A DNA stretch of 64,000 nt, taken from assembly GCA_951406725.2 (NCBI GenBank), contig OX597817.1:61504001-61568000 (forward strand). Direction: 5' to 3'. The stretch is from Octopus vulgaris (taxonomy: Eukaryota). The notes below the pieces were generated by a model. That model saw only the letters and a list, made by a program, of their open reading frames with translations. It did no database searches and had not been told where the DNA came from. Below, piece after piece: positions 55,875 to 64,000 of the stretch (positions within the stretch are counted from its first letter, which is position 1; the number at the start of each line of letters is the position of its first letter). Position numbers and translations under genes: made by a program.

Positions 55875-56430
55875 AGTGTCAGGTCACTTTTGAGTGCTAC
55901 TGTTAACATGTAACCCAGTACAACCTGTTGCATGGTCGGGTCGTCGGCGACTAAACCGGCAACCCCACCAAGTTTGCTTGGTGAGGAGGGTGTTTATTGG
56001 ACACCCTGCGGGATGAAAAACAAAACCCGTCATAGGGTGGAGGAACTCTTGAGAGTCAACGGCCATCCAATAAATGTCTTAAGGCTGGATCATACGCGGA
56101 AACATGGAAATAATCGGACTGAATACCCGATCGCGTGGTTAAACCATTGGGAGTGAAGGACTCCTAGCCTTTGTTAGGGCGTCCTTCTAGGAGAAGGTAA
56201 CTCAGGTAACTGGGATAACACCGATACAAAAACCTGCGGCTCAGTGGTTACCGATGATGTTGACTTGGTCTTCTTTTCGGATTATGGCTGCTGTTGCTTA
56301 GTGAGTGGGATTGACTCAGTGCACAGCCTTTCCCCACTTTAAAAGAAATCTTCTTGCACAGGCATTGCACGGTAACAACATTGATTAAGCTTCGTGCAAT
56401 GCCATATTCGATAACGAGGGGGAAGCCACC
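55875..56430 (+). mobile_element. Probable RTE-related 5' region or SINE-like repeat between (TATG)n tracts
   Basis: GC-richer block with 'ccttctaggagaaggtaactc', which resembles RTE 5' UTR motifs. Recognition only. Confidence 0.35.
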
Positions 56431-56670
56431 AAGTATGTATGTATGTATGTATGTATGTATGTATGTATGTATGTATGTATGTATGTATATTTTACAAACA
56501 GCTTGCAAATGCAAGTGCTGGCAAGTTTCTGAGCTCATCGGGAGAGAACGCGCCCCGTTTTGGAGCCTACTTCCTGATGGCATCAGTAAGCACCGCCGCC
56601 CCGCCCGACCCCGCTTGCTCGATCAACTGGTTTTTAGCTTTCGCTCAATATTCTTCTAGCCATTGGTCAT

Positions 56671-58399
56671 TGTTATGTAATCATCACAACAAACATGAAC
56701 AATCAACGTTGCCCATTGTCTCCCTTGATACAAGGACATTCAGTAAGTTTCCCGACACAACAAATACCTTGTACAACAATGGCAGTCTAATAAAGTATCT
56801 CGTATCGTTAACACGTTTTTTCACTCTCTCTCATTTTCTTAATCTTTCATACTAAGTACTCAATACTTCCTTTAATACTCAATACATTATATATATAACA
56901 ACAACATGGTGTCAGAATACTAAAAGAACCCAAAATACAGAAACCAAAAGAAAAAAGAGGTTGAAATCATACTTCAAAGACGAAATGGAAAATTTACCGC
57001 ATCCAAAAGACCTAGACTTTAATCAGGAAAATTTCGCCGTAGCATGGAAAAAGTGGAAAAAAGAATTCAATCTCTTTTTGATAGCAACAGAAAGTGACAT
57101 GAAGCCAGACAAAGTAAAAACTTCAATGTTTTTAACTTGCATCGGTTCCAATGGCCGAGACATCCATTCCACTCTGGATTTCGATTCACCCGACGAAGAA
57201 ATGAACCTTCAAACAGTAATCGAAAAATTCGATGCATATTGTGAACCCAGGAAAAACATAACTTTCCTGAGACACAAATTCTTCACATGTGGACAAGCGG
57301 AACATCAAAAATTCGATGAGTACGTGTTAGAGTTGCGCCAAAAGGCACAACAGTACGAATTCGGCAACCTGACAGACAGTCTCACCAAAGATATTCTGAT
57401 ATGTGGAATCAGAGACATGAGATTAAGAGAAAGATTATTGAGAGAACCAAATTTAGACTTACAAAAAACAATTCAAGCAGGTCAGAGTGCAGAGCAAACA
57501 CGACTCCAATCAAGGATGTTAAATGCCTCATCCGAAACAAGAGATAACGAAATCTCGAGGGTATATAGTCAACACGACAGAAAAGGCGCCAAAACTCAAA
57601 TAACTCGCCATATGCAATCCAGACATCAAAACGAACAAGGTGGAAGTGACAGAAAGCCCGCGAAGTTTCAAGCGCCAAGTCAACACTACGTCACTAACTG
57701 TCACTATTGTGTTTATAATCACAAAAGAAATAAATGCCCAGCATTTCACAAGACATGTGAAAAATGCAAGAAACAAGGACACTATGCAAAAATGTGCAAA
57801 TCAAGAAAATTTGTACATAAAGTAGAGATACATACCGACGATGAATCAGATGACGATACACATGCACTCGAAATGATCACTGCAAATAATTCCCGCGTGC
57901 ACAAAATCGAAAAGTTCAAGACTCCAAAAGACATTTGGACGGTCGAACTAAAAGTGAACAACTCGAATGTAACATTTAAAATTGATACTGGAGCAGACGT
58001 AACCGTACTGCCATTCAGAGAATATAAAAATATAATTCCAAAATAGCACAACTACAGAATTCAACACTACAAAATAATAAAACCACAAAAAGTGGACGAC
58101 GAATAATTATTCCCTGTAGATACAGATAAAAAAATAAATAAATAAATAAATAAATAAATAAAAAGGAAGATGTTATGTAATCATCACAACAAACATGAAC
58201 AATCAACGTTGCCCATTGTCTCCCTTGATACAAGGACATTCAGTAAGTTTCCCGCCACAACAAATACCAACGGCAGTCTAATAAAGTATCTCGTATCGTT
58301 AACACGTTTTTTCAGTCTCTCTCATTTTCTTAATCTTTCATACTAAGTACTCACTACTTCCTTTAATACTCAATACATTATATATATATAACAACAACA
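56671..58399 (+). mobile_element. Non-autonomous Ty3/Gypsy (Mag-clade) LTR retrotransposon
   Basis: LTRs 56671-56906 and 58171-58399 (TG...CA), 5-bp TSD GTCAT, primer-binding site TGGTGTCAGAA (56907-56917, tRNA-Leu-like), polypurine tract AAAAGGAAGA (58161-58170). Confidence 0.97.
56985..58046 (+). CDS. gag: Gag (capsid plus two zinc knuckles) fused to the N-terminal half of the aspartic protease
   Basis: Open frame with WKKWKKEF, CHYCVYNHKRNKC and CEKCKKQGHYAKMC (double knuckle typical of Mag), then FKIDTGADVTVLP. Confidence 0.9.
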   Translation: MENLPHPKDLDFNQENFAVAWKKWKKEFNLFLIATESDMKPDKVKTSMFLTCIGSNGRDIHSTLDFDSPDEEMNLQTVIEKFDAYCEPRKNITFLRHKFFTCGQAEHQKFDEYVLELRQKAQQYEFGNLTDSLTKDILICGIRDMRLRERLLREPNLDLQKTIQAGQSAEQTRLQSRMLNASSETRDNEISRVYSQHDRKGAKTQITRHMQSRHQNEQGGSDRKPAKFQAPSQHYVTNCHYCVYNHKRNKCPAFHKTCEKCKKQGHYAKMCKSRKFVHKVEIHTDDESDDDTHALEMITANNSRVHKIEKFKTPKDIWTVELKVNNSNVTFKIDTGADVTVLPFREYKNIIPK

Positions 58400-58458
58400 G
58401 TCATCGCCTCTTTTTAACCAAAGATAAATAAAAACAACAAACGGAAAATATTACATGC

Positions 58459-58537
<79 letters not shown>

Positions 58538-59157
58538 AAGTTGAATTAAATACACAAATATGTGTGGTCAAACTTCATTTGTAGCTGTGAAGCTTACTGA
58601 TGACCGGCGGAGAGGAGTCAAAACACGACTTTATACTTCAACAATCAACGGGTATATAAACAAACCAAGAAAACTGTCTTTTAAATATTTAAAATATAAA
58701 CTGAGTGACATAATTACAGATGTGTACCCCCCCTCCGACTTTGTTGCCTCATAACATCCAGAAAGATGGATATTTTTTATGGAAATTTTCAACAAATACA
58801 GCTAAGATGCTGTGGATTCAGAGTAAATAGCTATTAAACGAATACGAAAACGAAAAACTGCGCCAACGAAAACAATTTTCCGCGCAGATTTCTTTATAAT
58901 CATAATATATGCCATTTGAAAGGTATCTATATAAAATTTCGATGAAAAGATATCCATTTTCTTAAAGGTTATGAGGCAAAAAATCGTATCGTGTGAATTT
59001 TCCGAAAATCCTCTTCCCGGTTCTTTGGCACAATTTTTTTGTTTTCATAATTGTTTTATACACATTCTTTTACACCTGTTACACCTTGTTTGTTTGTTTG
59101 TTTTGGTCTGCTATTAAAATGAATTATTGTTTACATAATTGACAACCGGAAGATTTA

Positions 59158-59410
59158 ACGATTGATTTCTTTATTGCCCACAGGAGGTTAAACATAGAGG
59201 GAACATACACAATATGGGGACAAAAAAAATTAAAAAACAAATGATAGGATGAAAAATGAAAGCGATGTCAGCCGTGCCATCGAGCAACATCGCTTACTTG
59301 TCTTTCTTTCAATCGTACTCTAACATATCTACCCCGTACTATTCCTTTAGTTCTTTGTAATTTATTACTGGAGGCAGCCTGGTGTGATCGAGTTCAATAC
59401 CTGGCTCAAC
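59158..59410 (-). mobile_element. 3' fragment of a non-LTR element with the same tail as the ORF1-only element
   Basis: Minus strand 'ttgtcccc...gttccctctatgtttaacctcctgtgggcaataaagaaatcaatc' matches 37432-37496. Confidence 0.65.
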
Positions 59411-59693
59411 CACGAAAAAATAGTGATTGGGCTGGAGATTGAGCTTATTATTAAAAAAAGATAATTACTAATTATCTTTTTTTAATAATTTTGATATATA
59501 TTTAAAATAATATAAATTAATTAATCTTATGTATTGGGTTAAGTTTTTCATTGTATGATTTGCCTAATAGTGGTTTTATCTCTAATTTAATATAATATAA
59601 TATTTTACTATAAAATTGGATTCAATCCTAAATCTGATTTTTCCCTGTAAGTTTGGATTTATTCCCTAATATTTGATTATATATATATATGTA

Positions 59694-59753
<60 letters not shown>

Positions 59754-59761
<8 letters not shown>

Positions 59762-60096
59762 ATGAATTTCTTGTGTTTGACGGCATGAGCTGTCTTTTTT
59801 TATATATAACTTTTTTTTGATAAGGTTCATTTCAGGAACTGAAACATGTTATAATGTATATATAAAAATTAAAAATTGTATAATATAGTAGCATTTTCGA
59901 ACTTCATTTTTTACAAATATATATATATATATATATGTAAAAAATGAAGTTCGAAAATGCTGCTATATTATACAATTTTTAATTTTTATATATACATTAT
60001 AACATGTTTCAGTTCCTGAAATGAACCTTATCAAAAAAAGTTATATATAAAAAAAGACAGCTCATGCCGTCAAACACAAGAAATTCATTTATAATA
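59754..60096. repeat. Near-perfect palindrome (~161-bp arms) centred on (TA)n, formed by the PLE 3' end
   Basis: 59754-59915 is the reverse complement of 59936-60096, with one substitution and one homopolymer length difference. Confidence 0.97.
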
Positions 60097-60406
60097 CACA
60101 ACGGAGTCAGACATCTTAGAGTTCATGTATAGTTGATATATAGTTTGAAGTAAGTTCATTCATGCTATATGTTCAAAGTGTTCGATGCAGTGGCCCACGG
60201 TGGCGATACGTATTCAATACAAAAAACAGATCAAAGTGGTGGAAAGCAGTCAATACAGAAGATTGATGTTTCCGAAAGAGCGAGGAATTCATTTTTACCT
60301 TAAGCAATTGTGATGACCCATGGTGGGTGTTCGCTGGGTGGTTCTAGTGAGTCTTGTGAATTGCTCGGTTTTATAATGCCTGTTAGGTGGTCAGTCCAGC
60401 GTAGCG

Positions 60407-60740
60407 TGACGTCATCAACGTTTTGACCAATCGTTTCGTTAGGTGGCTTTAGTCAAGCAGATCGGGACGTCATCATCATTTTGACCAATCGCTGTATTAT
60501 AACTGCCTCTTGTCTGTTTCCTGTTTTGACCAGTCGCTTCGTTAGTCAAGCAGAACGGGACGTCATCCAGATTCTGCCCAATCATGACTTATAGCTACAT
60601 TAGATCTGTCCCCTGTCTGTACTTGTTAGGTGACTAGTCAAGCAGAAAAGGACGTCATCAATATTCTGACTAATGACTGTCCCCTGTTTGTATCCTGTCC
60701 ATTCTAGCAGAACTAGACGTCATCAACTTGTTGACCAATC
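60407..60740. promoter_or_regulatory. Array of five CRE/ATF + CCAAT composite sites
   Basis: GACGTCATC(A/C) at 60408, 60466, 60559, 60651 and 60716, each followed after exactly 9 nt by CCAAT (one copy CTAAT). Confidence 0.6.
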
Positions 60741-60909
60741 AGAATCGGGTATGACCCTTAGCTGTATCGTATGTATCAGGGTCAGATTTGCACGAAAGAA
60801 TTTTTTTCCCTTTTTTACTAAGGCATATTTCCGTCAGTGCGAGTGTCTGTTTAAGGTAGCGGCCGTGGTGGAATTTTGCTTCTCCTTTTCGGAGGGCTTA
60901 TCTTTTGTT

Positions 60910-62062
60910 TTAGTATTCCTGGCCCAGGGTGTTTAAACTTGGTCTAAATTTTTTTATGAAATATAGTTCTTTATTTTGGCGTTGTGTGAAGGTTGCGTTG
61001 TCACTGAATTTATAGAGCGGGTTAGTTGTAAATTTCGGATTTACATTTCCAGCACATCTACCTATGTGTCCGCTGACCGGTATTTTGCGGTAATCAGGGT
61101 TTCTAATTTGTGATTTATGCACCGCCATCCTGTTACGTAAGCTATTTTTTGTATGGCCTATATACTGCCTATTGCAGCCTGCGCATGTTATGACGTAAAT
61201 TAAGTTTTCTGATGCGCAGGTGAAGTTTGTTCTAATGGTGAACTGGTGGCCTTGTTCCAGTATAAATTCTGATCCTTCTTTCAAGATGACACAGATTCCG
61301 CAGTTGGGCCTTCCACATTTTCTAACTGCTGGTTTTGTGGTTGATGTTGAGTGCAGTGTAGCTTGGGTTAAAATCCTTTTCAAGGATTTTGGTTGCCGTT
61401 TACTTTTAATGATGGTGTGTGTTTCGAGGATCCGGTTCATCTTTGGGTCTCCCTTTAGTAGGGCTGTGCTTTGTAGTATGGTGTTGAAGGCCTCATTGTT
61501 GAGTGGGTTGTGTGTAGAGATGTAGGGAAGGGTTTTTAATTGTTCTTTCTTTTTTGGTTTTGTTTGTCTCAGGTCTTCTATACTTAATTTAAGTACCCGT
61601 TGGATTGCACTGTCTATTAGGGGCTGTGGATAGTTTCTATTTGTGAGTGTGGTTCTAAGTTCCTGGAGACGTGTGTGTCGGGTGTTTGTGTCTGATATTA
61701 TGGTGCAAATCCTTCTAGCTAAACAAAAAGGGACATTCATTCTAGTGTGTCGTGGGTGGCATGAATCAAAGGGTAGGTACTGTTTAGAGTCTGTCGGTTT
61801 ATAGTAGATATCTGTCTCTATTTTGTTGCCGGTTTTCTTAATGAGGATGTCTAAAAATGGTAATTCTTTTTCGTTGTGGTCCATCGTGAATTGTATATTG
61901 TCATTTATTCCATTTAATAGTATTTTAAATTCCTCAAGTTTCTCTATACCTTTGTCCCAGATGATGAAACAGTCATCGAGGTATCTTTTCCAGTTGTTAT
62001 GGATATAGGTGGCGAAGGTGTTTCCATATTTCTCGAGTGTTATCCGGTATAGTATTTTCTCT

Positions 62063-62067
<5 letters not shown>
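60910..62067 (-). CDS. PLE reverse transcriptase C-terminal half + Cys linker + GIY-YIG endonuclease (partial, uninterrupted)
   Basis: WKRYLDDCF, LPFLD, YYKPT, SCHP, CGRPNCGIC and NLIYVITCAGCNRQYIGHT. The N-terminal IYIY run in the ORF track is microsatellite. Confidence 0.93.
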
Positions 62068-62122
<55 letters not shown>

Positions 62123-62632
62123 TGTATGAACATTTAATGTAGTTTTAGAGTCAAGTTTTGGCTACTATTTCCAGTGTGAAAGAAGAGCAGTTTCTGTCGT
62201 CGTTATCTTGATATTTCTGCACAAGTTAGGGGGCCCCCAAGGATCCGTTTTGTCGCTTATTTATTATAAAAAAAACTATATCATAGCATAAAAAATAGAT
62301 GCATTTTGTAGATAATTCTTTTTTATTGGCTTAGAGCGGATACTGACCTTGATAAAATAAATTATTACATACTTATTACAGAAACATGGTTATTACGACC
62401 TTCAAAAACTTTTTTAGGAAGAACTGTTTAAAAAAAAACATATACGAAATATAAAGGTATACATGAATACACAACCACCCACTAATGTATGTATGTATGT
62501 ATGTATGTATGTATGTATGTATGTATGTATGTATGTATGTATGTATGTATGTATGTATGTATGTGACCGCGTGTGTACCATTGGCGATTTTTTTCCTCCG
62601 TCTTCCCTTCTCTGGATCTTTCCTTTTCCTTT

Positions 62633-62667
62633 GTTTCTGACGAAGAGCTCCGCTCGAAACGTTAAAC
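62633..62667 (+). ncRNA. Minimal hammerhead ribozyme, intact core
   Basis: gttt-CTGACGA-A-GAGC-tcc-GCTC-GAAA-CG-TT-aaac. Helices I and II are fully paired; helix III is reduced to the palindrome ACGT. Confidence 0.85.
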
Positions 62668-62855
62668 CCTCCTTCTTCCCTTCCTTCCTGAGCGTCCAAT
62701 AATACTATATTTGTATATACCCTAAATTATAATTTTAATAATAATTATTACCTTTGAAGGTTTTTATTCCCATGCTGGCTACTTGATAAGTTCGTTATTT
62801 AAATAACAATATTATCCTTATTTCTATAAAGTTATATATATGTATATATATATAT

Positions 62856-63552
62856 AAAATAAATATAAGAGAGTGGTCACTATATTGCTCACTCTAGCAC
62901 CAGTTAATCCAAAAGGTTTCAACCACGAAAATACATGCTTACCATGAAAGTCAGTACGATTGTTAGCTCACACGGACAGGGCAAATAAAAAATAACAAAA
63001 ATACAGATTATTTTGGGACAATTGTTTCGCTATTAATGAATTAAATGTAATTTTACTTACAAAAAAAATCCATTTGTAGCTCGTCAGCCAAGACTATCTG
63101 GATGAAATCCACTCAATCACACGCCAGATTTTACCATAACGATAAATACGCGTGTGGTTCAATTGATTACATCCGACGTTATAATTCAAATGCCCCAACC
63201 AACAGCGCGCCAAACTTTCACGGAAAACAAATACAGCATTTAGAAATAAATGCAGCATAATTATAATTAATTAATAAGGGTGAGAGAATTAGATACTAAT
63301 TTAATAGTATATTTATTCAACACCAAGTGGCCTAGTGCTTCGAGAAACCTGGATTATTATAATATTTTATAACATATTATAATATTTTTACAAAATAAAT
63401 ATAAGAGAGTGGTCACTATATTGCTCACTCTAGCACCAGTTAATCCAAAAGGTTTCAACCACGAAAATACATGCTTACCATGAAAGTCAGTACGATTGTT
63501 AGCTCACACGGACAGGGCAAATATACTATTAAATTAGTATCTAATTCTCTCA
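62856..63552 (-). mobile_element. Non-coding PLE/retrozyme-like unit with direct terminal repeats and an inverted segment
   Basis: 62856-62987 equals 63392-63523 (132 bp). 63519-63552 is an inverted copy of 63281-63314. It abuts (TA)n and contains an HHR. Confidence 0.8.
63013..63091 (-). ncRNA. Type I hammerhead ribozyme, intact
   Basis: ttgg-CTGACGA-gcta...tagc-GAAA-caattg-TC-ccaa. GUC cleavage is predicted between 63017 and 63016, with a palindromic AAUU loop in helix III. Confidence 0.88.
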
Positions 63553-64000
63553 TTTAAGGCGAATTCAAATTTAAGGCGAATTCAAATTATTACAATATAT
63601 AAAAGGGCTTAGTAAAATAAATTACTTTGCCGCATACTGAACTCATTAGAAATAGCAGCTAAAAAACTTTTTTAAAAGGAAAGGGGAAAGGGGAGAACAG
63701 AAATTCTTCGCTTGCATGTTTGAGTTTGTTGGCACTGTTAGTTACGAGCGGATCTTCGAAAGAGATGAGAGGCCGAAGGAGTATGCTCTCACTTTCAGTG
63801 TTTTCAAATCCAAACCAAAGGAGTTTCTGAGCTGATGATAGAAGTGTCGTGTTGACTAATCTTGAAACGTACGTTCTCAAATAACCTTTGCATTTGATTT
63901 TTTGATGTATTTACCCCCAAACTTTCGTGAGTTGAGTTGAGCAAGCACTATATGAGAGAGATTTTCTTTAAGTATTAGAAATGGTTTTTTAAAAAAGTTT

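Larger units (their letters stand above)
59936..62067 (-). mobile_element. Neptune-type Penelope-like retroelement, 5'-truncated, inserted in (TA)n
   Basis: RT plus GIY-YIG ORF, about 970-bp 3' UTR, (TA)n at both ends. Confidence 0.93.

Noticed and set aside
56985-58046. Domesticated Arc/PNMA-like host gene
   Set aside because: It is still flanked by near-identical LTRs, PBS, PPT and TSD, so it is a recent transposon copy.
59840-59856. GAAACATGTT in the Neptune 3' end as a hammerhead
   Set aside because: It fits the 3' half, but I could not find a matching CTGANGA with paired helices upstream.

Overview
AT-rich, microsatellite-saturated eukaryotic DNA. The SINE families suggest an octopus or other coleoid cephalopod (my recognition, not a database result). 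No host protein-coding exon can be supported, so this looks intergenic or intronic, and almost every ORF in the track is a microsatellite artefact. The window is a mosaic of mobile elements: Tc1 and mariner DNA transposons; CR1/L2-group, RTE, Tx1 and R4/Dong LINE remnants; at least three tRNA-derived SINE families; Penelope-like elements (PLEs); and one Mag-type LTR element. Five things stand out. (1) A complete 3.07-kb non-LTR element bounded by a target-site duplication (TSD) encodes only a Tx1-like ORF1, carries about 80 copies of a 17-bp repeat at its 5' end, and shares its 3' tail with a SINE family. (2) At least eight hammerhead ribozyme (HHR) motifs, two of them intact, lie in PLE-type termini, mostly next to (TA)n tracts. 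(3) About nine long palindromes or inverted repeats are present, several clearly built from PLE ends. (4) A five-copy GACGTCATCA-N9-CCAAT array with invariant spacing lies in the 3' UTR of a Neptune-type PLE. (5) A 1.7-kb LTR element keeps an open gag but has lost pol. Coordinates were read by eye, so the boundaries of degenerate elements are approximate.
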